Of a stretch of DNA of 64,000 bases, positions 37,672 to 47,478 are shown one piece after another. The translations under genes and the position numbers were made by a program. Origin of the DNA: SAR202 cluster bacterium bin87 (GTDB lineage Bacteria; Chloroflexota; Dehalococcoidia; Lucifugimonadales; UBA3495). The notes under the pieces were generated by a model. That model worked only from the letters and a program-made list of their open reading frames with translations. It did not search any database and was not told where the DNA came from. Numbering within the stretch: position 1 is the stretch's first letter; each line of letters opens with the position of its first letter. The stretch is taken from assembly GCA_002238825.1 (NCBI GenBank), contig MPNC01000004.1, positions 5,241 through 69,240 of the forward strand. The letters are read 5' to 3'.

Positions 37672-37908
37672 ATGGCCGGTCAGATTGTCGTCGTCATCCT
37701 ACCACCCAAGCAGCCGGTGTCGGGCCAGAGACCCAACCGGGTCAAGAAGCCGGTGATCCGGCAGCTTCGGAACCGGACGGAACTCAACGATGTGAGCGGC
37801 GTTGCGCTGGCCCGGATACAAGATACAATGCCGGCAACAGCCACGGCGGTGTACGCGAGAATAAAAACCGGTCGGGACGGACCACCGCAGCGCATGGATT
37901 TTGCATGA
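37672..37908 (+). CDS. Hypothetical protein
   Basis: The only support is the ATGA stop/start overlap with the next gene. Confidence 0.3.
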   Translation: MAGQIVVVILPPKQPVSGQRPNRVKKPVIRQLRNRTELNDVSGVALARIQDTMPATATAVYARIKTGRDGPPQRMDFA

Positions 37909-38291
37909 CGTTAGCGCCGCTATTCTCATCGGTGGGCGAGGGTTTTTTCGGCAGTGATATTCATTACACCCTGGTCCTGTTCTACCTGCTCTACGTGTGG
38001 CTCCCCATAGCGCCCGCGGCAGTAACCGGGGCCATCGGCGGCGTCGCCATCAGGCGCGTGGACTCGATACTGGCCGCCGCATTGGGCTTTGGCATCGGCT
38101 TTGCGGCCATGTGCGGCAACCTCGTCCTGTTCGCCGGAATATTGCGCGTTGACTCTTTTGTTCGCAACCCCGCCCCCTATGCGCCGGCAACGGCCGTCGA
38201 GATCGCGGCGCAGGCCGGTGGCGCCGCCGTGGGCGTGATCGTCACGCTGGCCATCCTGTGGGTCTGGCGCGCCGCCGAGAGGGACTCGTGA
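37905..38291 (+). CDS. Membrane protein
   Basis: 128 aa with 4 TM segments. Overlaps both neighbours (ATGA upstream, TGATG downstream). Confidence 0.6.
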   Translation: MTLAPLFSSVGEGFFGSDIHYTLVLFYLLYVWLPIAPAAVTGAIGGVAIRRVDSILAAALGFGIGFAAMCGNLVLFAGILRVDSFVRNPAPYAPATAVEIAAQAGGAAVGVIVTLAILWVWRAAERDS

Positions 38292-38767
38292 TGAGAGGTT
38301 GCCTGCTGTCGGTGGTCTGGTCCTGCCTGGCGATACTGGTGCTCGGCACGGGAAGTTGCGCCCTGTGCACGGCATTGCTTCTTCCCCTTTCGGCCAAGAT
38401 GATGGGTTGCACGGACTGCCCCGTGCTTGAGGTGGGCGACCCGGATGCTGCGTGGGACCGTCTGGAGCCGGACACCGATTATGTCCTGGTGGGATGCCAA
38501 AACGGCGAGTTTCACGAGGCGGATGGACACCAGTGGTTCGTCATCGGCAACGCCCGGCAGCACGAAGCCGGCGGCCCTCAGGCGGTTGCGGTGCGGGAGG
38601 GCGAGAGCCGTCGAAATTGCGGTGCGGGAGGTCCGTGTTCGGTGCGGATTTGGAGAAATGAATGCTTCCGGATGCTGGTCAGCTACCAGCCGGAGCATCG
38701 CGACCCCTCGGGCGCGGAGTGGCTATCGTTCGCCGTCCATGACTCAACCAACGACTTCGACGATTGA
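38291..38767 (+). CDS. Cys-rich secreted/anchored hypothetical protein
   Basis: Start at MRGCLLSVVWSCLAILVLG, overlapping the upstream stop. Confidence 0.55.
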   Translation: MRGCLLSVVWSCLAILVLGTGSCALCTALLLPLSAKMMGCTDCPVLEVGDPDAAWDRLEPDTDYVLVGCQNGEFHEADGHQWFVIGNARQHEAGGPQAVAVREGESRRNCGAGGPCSVRIWRNECFRMLVSYQPEHRDPSGAEWLSFAVHDSTNDFDD

Positions 38768-38906
38768 GCCCCGCCATCGCTCCTGTCGCGATCGACGGCG
38801 TTCAGACACGTCGCTCCGAATGGACATGGCTATCCTCTGAAAAACGGCTGGGGACGGACCTGCTCTTTGCGCGGGTTTTCGATCCATTATAGACGTCGAG
38901 TTCCGT

Positions 38907-40109
38907 TCAGAAAGGCCGGAGCGCCTCGCAGTGGGACGTGACCAGGCGGATTCCGTCGACGTCCCATTTTGCCACCGCCACGGTCGGCTGGCCCGGCTCG
39001 CTGATGGTGGCCGTCATGACGACCCTCTTTTGCGACTTGTTGAACGGGACCGAGTACAGGCCGCGTACCGCCGGCCGCAGCTCGCCCATGGCGCCCGGAT
39101 TGATCTGAGTGCGGTCGGAGAGCACAATCCACTCTCCCTCAATATCGGCCAGCGACGGCGGCCCGTACTTCGTCTCCTTTTCGGGGTCGATGAATTCCTG
39201 GTAGAACGCCAGCAGGATGCGGACACTGCGGTGCGTCCGGTCGCGCAGCTGAGCCACCAGCGTGTCGGGGGCCGGATCGCTCTCGAACTCCTGTGCCCCC
39301 TGGCCGATAAACCACCGCTTCTCCACCCGCTCCCAGATCTCGTCAAAATCATCCTGTTCTCGGGACGTCAACTGCAGGCCGTCCACAAACTCCAGCAGCC
39401 CGGCGGCGTATTCCAGCAGAGCATAGTGGGGGACGTCGCGGTATTGGCTGAACGGATCTCGTGAGGAGCTGGGACGGTCTGACGCCTGGGCCGTGACGGG
39501 ACCCTGCCAGTCGATGTACATGGTGCGGCCGCCGCGGGTGTCGCACTGGTAGGTGAGGGTCGGCGGCTGCGTTCCGGTCTGGTGCAGCGCCTCGTTCCAG
39601 AACCGGTGGACCTCACGGTCTCCATAGTGTTGCTGCTCATCCAGCATCCAGCTGCCAAACCGCGTGGTGGCGGGCGGCACGGGCGTCGGCGTAGGAGCCG
39701 CGGCCGGAGTTGCGGCCGGCGTGGGCGTTTCGGCAGCAGTATCGGCCGGCGTGGCGGTGGGGGTGATTGACGGGACCGGCGTTGCCGTAGCGGCGGACCG
39801 GGTAACGGGCGCCTGGCGCGTGACCTCCACCGTCTGCGGGACCGCCACTTCGCGCGTGACCTCGACGGTCTGCGGAACCACGACCGTGACGGGCACCTGC
39901 TGCGTCGCCATCACCTGGCGCGTGACCTCGACGTTCCTGACCGTTTCGACCGTGACGGGCACTTCACGCGTGACCTCAACCTCAATGGTTTCGGGCTCGA
40001 CGGTCTCGGGTTGGCCGGTGCATCCGGCGACAACTGGCAACAGCAGCAGACTGATGGCGAGGATTGTGCCCATCGGTCGGGCAATGACTGGATTGCGAAA
40101 GTGTGACAT
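38907..40109 (-). CDS. Lipoprotein with VEVTRxV-type repeats and an unknown C-terminal domain
   Basis: Lipobox VVAGC; repeated EVTREVPVTVETV/EVTRQV; Pro/Thr/Ala linker. Confidence 0.75.
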   Translation of the reverse strand: MSHFRNPVIARPMGTILAISLLLLPVVAGCTGQPETVEPETIEVEVTREVPVTVETVRNVEVTRQVMATQQVPVTVVVPQTVEVTREVAVPQTVEVTRQAPVTRSAATATPVPSITPTATPADTAAETPTPAATPAAAPTPTPVPPATTRFGSWMLDEQQHYGDREVHRFWNEALHQTGTQPPTLTYQCDTRGGRTMYIDWQGPVTAQASDRPSSSRDPFSQYRDVPHYALLEYAAGLLEFVDGLQLTSREQDDFDEIWERVEKRWFIGQGAQEFESDPAPDTLVAQLRDRTHRSVRILLAFYQEFIDPEKETKYGPPSLADIEGEWIVLSDRTQINPGAMGELRPAVRGLYSVPFNKSQKRVVMTATISEPGQPTVAVAKWDVDGIRLVTSHCEALRPF

Positions 40110-40134
40110 GATACAAATTCCCGGGATTCTGGAA

Positions 40135-40407
40135 ACGCTTCATGCTTGGACAACGGGAATCGCAGCATAAAGCGGTTGATTACGGGGAGGTACCGCCCAA
40201 GACTGCAGTACAAATGCACGAATTGCACTCTGTTACAATTCGTCCGTTTGACCCCACGGCAACCGCTAAATAGAATATTTGACGGCCTGCTTGGCCGAAG
40301 GGCTTCTCCGTCTCGGCGGAGGCTGCCCAAAAGTCGCGCCCGCTTCTTGCTCAAGCGGGCGTGACATGGTTGTCGGCCTATTTCGGACTGGCCCGAGCAG
40401 GGTTCAT
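40135..40407 (-). promoter_or_regulatory. sORF + structured leader element, copy A
   Basis: sORF MNPARASPK (40407-40378), then conserved hairpins and a long-range AGCGGTTG/CAACCGCT helix. Lies directly upstream of 38907-40109 on the same strand. Confidence 0.55.
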
Positions 40408-41269
40408 GGCAAACCCCGCGTTCGGTAACAGGTAGAGGAAGGACCCGCGGCAGCAATTCGTCCAGCGAAGCAGCGTCCGGGTCACGTCCGGTGGCGTCGC
40501 GTACTTGGGGGCGCCCGATGTGGCAGTGTTGAGATCAGCGGGCGCAGGCATGCTGAGACGCCCCTGGCGCGGACTGTCGTTATCTGCTTCAATCACCGTG
40601 GCACCTCCCTTGCAGTACGCAGGTTAGGTCGCTTGCCACAACGCCTATAGGCCCGGTTGAACTCCGCAAGGAAGGCATGGAAACCTTCTGCGTTGTCGGT
40701 TCAACCGAGTGTGCCCCGAGGGGACACAAGGCAACCATAAAGACGTTGTGGCGTCGCTCACGTTATCACAGGCGTTCCCGGGGTGCAATGCCGACCGCGC
40801 GGTACATTTTCTCTCCGTCCTTTATACATGGCAGGGCGCAATGGCCAAAGAGCGCTGCTGGAGAAATCTGAGACCGTTTGGCGGCGCGCGCGCGACATTG
40901 CGTCGCGGTATGGCGTGTGATACCGTCAGCCATGCCACAGTAATTGCTTATGCCACACGCTCGAAGAGCGTACCCACACTGGCTGCCCATTTAAGGACGG
41001 CAGGGAAGTTTTGCCTTCTCTGCGGCACAGTGTGGGGCGTCGTTACTGTGGCAAGTACCTGACCGTTCCGGTCGCAGGGGAGGTTCCACAATGCCTGATC
41101 GACTGAATTCGCGCTTCTGAGGCCGCATCTTTCGCTCGAACCCGCACTGCCTCCTTCGCTGCGACGTACGTCGTGTGGAGCAGGATGCCACTGCCGCCCT
41201 CCTGACGGAGTTGGCGGCCCCGGTCGTCCCGACCCATCTCTCAACCCATCGCCTGGTCAAGGAGTCCTG

Positions 41270-41512
41270 ATGAACCCCGCTCGGGCCTCTCCCGCGTAGT
41301 CTTGAAAAGTCGTCGCGCCCGCTTGAGCAAGAAGCGAGCGCGACTTTTGGGCAACCTCCGCCGGGACGGAGGAGCCCTTCGGCCAGCAGGCCGCCGGGTA
41401 TTTTATTCAGCGGTTGCCGTGGGGTCAACGGGATGAAGTGCGAACAGCGTCGCAATTCACCCTCCGTTCTACCGTCCCTGGTGGAGCATCCCCGGAGGCA
41501 ACCGCTTCATGC
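41270..41512 (+). promoter_or_regulatory. sORF + structured leader element, copy B
   Basis: SD AAGGAG, sORF MNPARASPA (41270-41299), then the same conserved blocks. Upstream of 41572-42066. Confidence 0.55.
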
Positions 41513-41571
41513 TGCCATCTTCATGCTCCAGGCATGAGGTCGTGTCTCCGCCCCCCACTGGAGAACCCCTC

Positions 41572-42066
41572 ATGCCGCTCACGACGGAGCTCAAGTTATC
41601 GAGACCCCCGGCAGGACGGAGCCGCCTGCCAGTTCTGGCCACGGCCCTGTCATTTTTGTTGCTGGGCGCCGGATCTTTGGGCTGTATCCCAAATCCGGCA
41701 GCTGGCGAGCAAACGCGGTCGTCATGGGGCGCCTGCGCAACCAGGACAGACCAACTGCCCGTTCCCGTCGTGAGGGCCGGGACTACCGACCGGCTGGTGT
41801 TTCTGGGCGTCTCCGTTTCCGACACCGGCAGCCAGCAGGCCGACGCGATCCTGCTGTATCGCTATACGGCGGACCGCGACATCGACCCCATCGCTGAAAT
41901 CCCGCTGTCGGACGGTGCCGGTTCCCAGTCCTTCTATATCGTGCCGGACCCGGACGTCCACGAAGGGTTCGATGCCAGAACCATCAGGCGCAACGCCGTC
42001 GGCCAGACGGTCTGTTCCTTTGACGTCGGGCCGACCGATACCTTCTTCGATTATCGGATTGATTAG
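41572..42066 (+). CDS. Lipoprotein (hypothetical)
   Basis: SD GGAGA; start MPLTTELK...; lipobox GSLGC. Confidence 0.6.
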   Translation: MPLTTELKLSRPPAGRSRLPVLATALSFLLLGAGSLGCIPNPAAGEQTRSSWGACATRTDQLPVPVVRAGTTDRLVFLGVSVSDTGSQQADAILLYRYTADRDIDPIAEIPLSDGAGSQSFYIVPDPDVHEGFDARTIRRNAVGQTVCSFDVGPTDTFFDYRID

Positions 42067-42122
42067 CCCGTGCCTCTTGGCGTCACGACGACGGACCAGA
42101 CCAGGATGCAGAGGATGGAATC

Positions 42123-42518
42123 ATGTTGAACCGCTACATGCCCGCCGTTGGCCTGGCTTTGAGCGCCCTGTTGGTCATGAGCTGTAGCCTCGCCACCGCG
42201 ACCTCCGCTCCGGACCGTCGTTCCACTGATGCCTGCGCGGTCTACTTCATTGAAGATGTTTACCAAACGGCGGTTGGCGATTCCCTGCGCGTTGACTGGA
42301 GGCACCGAGGACCGGTGTACGCGGACCGAGGGAGGCTCAGGATCGAACGTTCACGCCGAGACCTGATCGTGCCCATGGCTGAGCAGCACTACACCCTTCC
42401 GAGCGACCACCATGCTGGCCCGGGCCAGTACGCCATCACCATCACGTACATCTGTGGGCCCGAGCCGTTGCAGCAGGCTCCCGCGGTTTACGACACCGCG
42501 ACCGTGACCGTGCGTTGA
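42123..42518 (+). CDS. Lipoprotein (hypothetical)
   Basis: SD GAGGATGG; lipobox LVMSC. Confidence 0.6.
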   Translation: MLNRYMPAVGLALSALLVMSCSLATATSAPDRRSTDACAVYFIEDVYQTAVGDSLRVDWRHRGPVYADRGRLRIERSRRDLIVPMAEQHYTLPSDHHAGPGQYAITITYICGPEPLQQAPAVYDTATVTVR

Positions 42519-42582
42519 TGCGAGAGCATTCCAGGCGCACCACAACTTTAATGGCCAATCACGCTACTGACAGGAGGATCCC

Positions 42583-42830
42583 ATGATCCACGCCCGAGCC
42601 AGCCCAACGTCTTGCTGAAATGATGTAGCCCCCGCTTGAGTAAGAAGCGGAGGCTACGTTTGGGCATCCACCGCCAGGACGGGGGCGCCCTCGGCCAGAA
42701 GGCCGCTGGATAGTTTATCAGCGGTTGCCGCAGGGTAAAACGGACGTCAACTACGACCAAATCGTGGCCGTCCGATCATCCTCCTTACCAGGCAGGGATG
42801 TTGCCCGGAGGCAACCGCTTTGCGTTGTGT
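42583..42830 (+). promoter_or_regulatory. sORF + structured leader element, copy C
   Basis: SD AGGAGG, sORF MIHARASPTSC (42583-42618), then the same conserved blocks. Upstream of 42952-43308. Confidence 0.55.
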
Positions 42831-42951
42831 GGTTCGTTCCCACCGCGTGACGCGGAGCCTCCTGCATTCACTTTTCATGGATACGACAGACTTGATTGTG
42901 GTCGTCCCGAAGTCCATTGGGATGATTCAATCTGAAGACGGGAGATACGAA

Positions 42952-43308
42952 ATGGCTGGTTCTAGGAACACAGGCCCCACCACAAGTGCAACCGCGACCC
43001 TGCGGGCGACATTTGGGATGGTGGTGGGCGTCGCGATTGGATTCGTACCCTTAGTGTTTGTGGTGATTTTGCTTCCCGACAAAATAGACTTGGTCGTATT
43101 CCTGGCCGGGTGTGCATTGTTGGGATCCCTGGCCGCAGAATTGGTAGAAATGACAAGCAACCATCCGACAACACTGCAATCAGGACCGAGGTCAATGTAT
43201 CGCCATTACGTGCAGACATTCAACTTAGCACGCTTCCTATGGAGAGTGGCCTCTTGGTCCATGCTGGCGACGGCTGGATATATCTTAGCCCAACTGCTGA
43301 AGAGCTGA
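42952..43308 (+). CDS. Membrane protein
   Basis: Start at MAGSRNT (SD GGGAGA); 3 TM segments; lower-GC patch. Confidence 0.5.
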   Translation: MAGSRNTGPTTSATATLRATFGMVVGVAIGFVPLVFVVILLPDKIDLVVFLAGCALLGSLAAELVEMTSNHPTTLQSGPRSMYRHYVQTFNLARFLWRVASWSMLATAGYILAQLLKS

Positions 43309-43616
43309 TAATTGCCGTGTGACCAGCGCTCTACGGTCTGCATTCATTTTGCCTGACCAAGAGGCCCCAAGGTCCCACGCCGGAGCCAGCCCAACGTCTG
43401 CCTGTCCAGTTTCGCAGAGACTTAAACCAAGGTCTCGAGGCCATATGCATCAGGTCCTGGACTCGGTTTGCCGGCGGATTCCAAAATCGCGTCGTCCCGT
43501 GACCGGTTCCTATAGACCGACCGGACTGACCTCACAGAATATAGGACAATCTTCCCCTGGATCTCTATCGCGGCCCGGCTGATGGGACCCACAGTATGTC
43601 CTTTAGCGTCATGAGG

Positions 43617-44165
43617 TTATCGACACACGGTCGACACTGGTGATTCTTCGCTCTGGGAGATATAAGGCGAAGAATCACCAGTGTCGACCGTTGAGTATTC
43701 GTTCGACCTTGGTTCCTCTTCCTTGGTCCCAGTGCCAACGTTGTCGAACGAAATCAAACGGTATAGGCCCGTCCCTCTTTCCGTGTCCCATTCGTCGCTT
43801 TGGCTGAATTGACCGTGTAGTGAAGATTTGACGCCACTGGGAGATGGCTTCCCTCCTTTCGCGTCACTGATGATCTTGCAACCATCCGCAAGCTTGAAGA
43901 TCCCACCAGTGCGTCTGGCGATATCTTTCGCCATCTCCATGTATGTCATTCCGAGGTCGATTTCGCTGGTTTTGACGTGGGAGTGCAATCCGTAGCGGGT
44001 GGGGTCAGGTCCAGCGCCGACCCTGGATTCACACACGGCCAACGTCGTCTGTAACGATTGGATTTGATGCTCCGTTGTTTGCAGATCCGCCCGTAGATCG
44101 TCCGCCTTGGCACTCAATTCACTCATCAGGGCGTTCAGGTCGTCAACAGTACTGGTCTTGACCAT
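43617..44165 (-). CDS. Coiled-coil + winged-helix-like protein (paralogue 3 of 3)
   Basis: N-terminus LNALMSELSAKADDLRADLQTTEHQIQSLQ, then ...MEMAKDIARRTGGIFKLADGCKII...WDTERGTGLYRLI. Confidence 0.6.
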   Translation of the reverse strand: MVKTSTVDDLNALMSELSAKADDLRADLQTTEHQIQSLQTTLAVCESRVGAGPDPTRYGLHSHVKTSEIDLGMTYMEMAKDIARRTGGIFKLADGCKIISDAKGGKPSPSGVKSSLHGQFSQSDEWDTERGTGLYRLISFDNVGTGTKEEEPRSNEYSTVDTGDSSPYISQSEESPVSTVCR

Positions 44166-44528
44166 GGCTTTCCTCCGGTTGGTCGAGCGTCTTTTTTCAT
44201 CACTGGTGCAATGGGTTTGCAGGCCATAGAATTTAAGGGTGCACGGGGAGTATCCCGTGTTGGAGCCCGTAAGGGCAATCCAGAGAGGCGGACGGGTGTC
44301 GAACCCGCTTAGCGTGATTTTCGATCACGTGCATGGCCGTCATGCTCCCGCCTCCCACTCGATAGAGGGTCGGACGCTCTGCCCGTCATAGCGATGCGTC
44401 CGGCTCTCGGCACCCATTCTGACTGGGAGTATGAACCCCCGTCAAGCGGTAACGCAACGTGTCTTGCGGCACACAGTAGCCGAAGCACCTTTATATCGCG
44501 TAGCCGATCCAAACGGATGGAGATCCAC

Positions 44529-44690
44529 ATGCCCGCGTTCTCACCGCTTTGGTCGTTCCCTTGTCCTGTTTGCAACGAGGGACTAGACACCGTTGACTGG
44601 CGACCCCGCGGGCAGTGCACCAACTGCGGGACGATCGTTGCAGATCATGCAATGCCGAACGAGTGCAACCCGGCGAAATGTTGCCGTTGA
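44529..44690 (+). CDS. Small zinc-ribbon protein (possibly frameshifted)
   Basis: SD GGATGGAG; CPVCN...CTNCG. A second CPHC ribbon follows in another frame (44615-44800). Confidence 0.3.
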   Translation: MPAFSPLWSFPCPVCNEGLDTVDWRPRGQCTNCGTIVADHAMPNECNPAKCCR

Positions 44691-44998
44691 GCCTCGGCCC
44701 ATTTTCGTCGTTCCAAGACCAGGTCCATTGGTACTTGGGCCAATGTCCCCATTGTCGCAACGCGCAGCTTGATACTGGCGTTCGGTGGCCCAATCCCTAG
44801 GGCGGAGAGACATGCCGCTGCTTTTCTTGCGGCGGTGGCTTGGTCATCACGCTAATGTATACGATCCAGTAAACAATGGCTTTCGGACATGACAACCGTC
44901 CATTCGCACGCTGTCGCGGTGTACACATTCCCAGCGGTTCCGATCAATTACCCATCGATGATGGCTCGAAACAATCAGACAGACAAGAGGATGAGAAA

Positions 44999-46669
44999 AT
45001 GAGTGATGACGACCGGATTCCGTACCTGGGTTCTGCTAAGTTGCACAATGTTTCTCCGTTTGGCTCTGAGGTCACGTTCCAATTCGACCCGAGAGTGAAC
45101 GTTCTGATTGGCACGAACGGTACGGGTAAAACTGCTGCCCTGAAGACGGTCTCCGGAGAAGGTCGTAGCCGGTTCGCACAGTCTACCGACAAGCAGTCGG
45201 CGCGTGTGAAAAGAACCATGGAACCCGAGCGCGTTGACTTCGAGAATACGGCGACCGTCCGCGTCGGGCCGGCGCGAGCTCCGTTGACTCCTGAAATGGT
45301 TCTCAGCGACCTTCGGCAGCTCGACGTTCAGGGAATGGTTGCCAAACGGCTGGCATGGGTGAGCAACATCGCCTTCGGAGCGATGGCATTGGCTTGGATT
45401 TATATTGGAGCGCTGGCTGGCGCCTCCGCACGATCTGGCACGAATCCTCAGTGGCTGCAAATTGAGACAGTCAATCTGCTCGTTCCTTTTGTGGTCTTTG
45501 TGATATCTGTCATCTTATACCGGAGTGCCTTGTCGCCACATCGTCTCACATGGTTGCTCAACCTACTAATGGGCAATCGATTGCTGTCGGAGGCTTTGAG
45601 TTCCGAGTTCCAAGTCTCATCGATCTTCATGTTTCAGTCGGTTTTAGCCGTCAATCGGCGCTGGCTGAGGCCTAAAGCAAGGTCGGACGACGACCCGCGC
45701 TCTCGCGCTGCGAATGAAGCCGCCAATCTGGCCCTTGACTGTGCGAAAAGGATTGCGCCGGAGGTGTTTCCCGCAACTACGTCGTTGGAAACCGGGAAAA
45801 TAAAGGTCCCTTTTAATATTCTCTGGATGAAGAAGACGCGTTCCATGGACGATCCTTTGTCCACCGTGCAGACGCGATACAACCCAACCCCCCTACATAT
45901 CACCGATCTGAGCGCAGGCACTCAGAACACGTTGCTTATTGCTTGGTACCTCGCACTCAGTCTCGCCTACAGGAACAAATTCCGAGAAGACTGGAAGGAC
46001 CTGCCTGCGATCCTCTTCATTGACGAAATTGAAAACCACCTGCACCCAGCATGGCAACGAAGATTGATCCCAGTGTTGCTTGAGCATTTCCCCAACTTGC
46101 AAATAATCGCCACAACGCATTCGCCCTTCCCGATAGCCGGACTGAAGGCAGGGCAGGTGCATACCCTGTATCAAGATGACGATGGGATAACCCGCGTGGA
46201 GACCAACGAATACGACATCGTTGGCTATACCGCTGATGAGATCCTGCATCGGTACCTGGAAATGCAGGACCCAACGGACCTGGAGACGGCGGAGGCAGTG
46301 GAGGTGCTGCGGTGGCTACAGAGTCTGTCGCCCCTGCTCGAAGAGAAGTCGGCGGAGACATGGAGAGCAGCGATGGTCAAGGAGTTGCGCGCTCTAGCGG
46401 CCGACGACGAATGGAGATTTGAGGACGACATAGCCATGCGATGGCTCACTGGCGAGATCAAATCCCCCCTTGCTGCCCAGACACCGCTTGAAGGTGATGC
46501 GGAATCATGGCGCCAGTCGATGATGGGGTCGTTTGAGTCGTTGGTGGGAGTGGATATCCTTTCCGGCGGCACGGTGGCAAGGCAGCGAAAGACATTGGAG
46601 GAGCAAATACTCAACGGCACGTTCCCAAAACATAAGAACTTTCAGGGCGATGAAGGTTCGGAAGCCTAA
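44999..46669 (+). CDS. ABC/AAA_21-type ATPase (PtuA-like) with a hydrophobic insert
   Basis: Start at MSDDDRIPYL (SD AAGAGG). Walker A GTNGTGKT, signature LSAGTQ, Walker B ILFIDEIENHLHP, H-loop ATTHSP. Hydrophobic segments LAWVSNIAFGAMALAWIYIGALAG and LLVPFVVFVISVILY lie between Walker A and the signature motif. Confidence 0.85.
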   Translation: MSDDDRIPYLGSAKLHNVSPFGSEVTFQFDPRVNVLIGTNGTGKTAALKTVSGEGRSRFAQSTDKQSARVKRTMEPERVDFENTATVRVGPARAPLTPEMVLSDLRQLDVQGMVAKRLAWVSNIAFGAMALAWIYIGALAGASARSGTNPQWLQIETVNLLVPFVVFVISVILYRSALSPHRLTWLLNLLMGNRLLSEALSSEFQVSSIFMFQSVLAVNRRWLRPKARSDDDPRSRAANEAANLALDCAKRIAPEVFPATTSLETGKIKVPFNILWMKKTRSMDDPLSTVQTRYNPTPLHITDLSAGTQNTLLIAWYLALSLAYRNKFREDWKDLPAILFIDEIENHLHPAWQRRLIPVLLEHFPNLQIIATTHSPFPIAGLKAGQVHTLYQDDDGITRVETNEYDIVGYTADEILHRYLEMQDPTDLETAEAVEVLRWLQSLSPLLEEKSAETWRAAMVKELRALAADDEWRFEDDIAMRWLTGEIKSPLAAQTPLEGDAESWRQSMMGSFESLVGVDILSGGTVARQRKTLEEQILNGTFPKHKNFQGDEGSEA

Positions 46670-47478
46670 TGCGTGGCGTAAACAGGGGTGCTCCTCCAAG
46701 GAGTGTGAATCTTGAAAAGTACCAGCACGCCAATGCTGAAGGGAGCGGTCTGACCAAGCACGACTATGACTTGTTGCGAAGGCGGTTGCATGGTGAGTTC
46801 GGCGGCTTATGCGCCTTTTGTGAGCGTCCAGTGCCCAGGAATAGCAGTCCCGGTGCGGTAGACCACTTCAGACCCAGGAACCCAGCCACCGGTTCACAAC
46901 TGGCCCACTTCGGCGCTGACTTGACGTTCATGTGGCTGAACCTGATGTATGCATGCCCTGAGTGTCAGACAAGAAAAGGCAACAAGTGGCCGGGTACCCT
47001 GAAGGCTCAAGACGAACAGGCAATTGACAGAGGTCTCTCTCAGCTGGCTACAAGCGATGGATGGTCGTACTTGCCTGTCTCGGTCGATGTCGGGTACGTG
47101 AACCCCAATGGAATTGATGACCCAGCGGAGGGATATTTCGAATACGACGAAGTTGAGTACCGTATAGCTCCCTCCCGCGATTTGCCCGACGACCGGCGCT
47201 CGAAGGCTCTCCGAACGATATTCGACATTGGATTGGATGAAGAATCGTTGTCCCAGGAGCGCCGCAACCACATTGATGTCATCAAGCAATATCTCGAATC
47301 CAAAGGAACGCGAAGGAGGACAGAAGAGATAGGCGCATTGGTTAGCCGCCACCGCCGGAGAAAACTGAAGGATACAAAACCAAGTGCTTACGGGCCGAGC
47401 GTGCGTTTCACTGGATTGGTATTGTTTGCCCACCAACATGGGTGGTTGGAAACCGCAAACAACAGGAATATGCCATGA
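46669..47478 (+). CDS. HNH endonuclease (PtuB / TIGR02646-like)
   Basis: TAATG overlap with the ATPase gene. CAFCERPV...VDHFRPRNP...WLNLMYACPECQTRKGNKWP. Confidence 0.8.
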   Translation: MRGVNRGAPPRSVNLEKYQHANAEGSGLTKHDYDLLRRRLHGEFGGLCAFCERPVPRNSSPGAVDHFRPRNPATGSQLAHFGADLTFMWLNLMYACPECQTRKGNKWPGTLKAQDEQAIDRGLSQLATSDGWSYLPVSVDVGYVNPNGIDDPAEGYFEYDEVEYRIAPSRDLPDDRRSKALRTIFDIGLDEESLSQERRNHIDVIKQYLESKGTRRRTEEIGALVSRHRRRKLKDTKPSAYGPSVRFTGLVLFAHQHGWLETANNRNMP

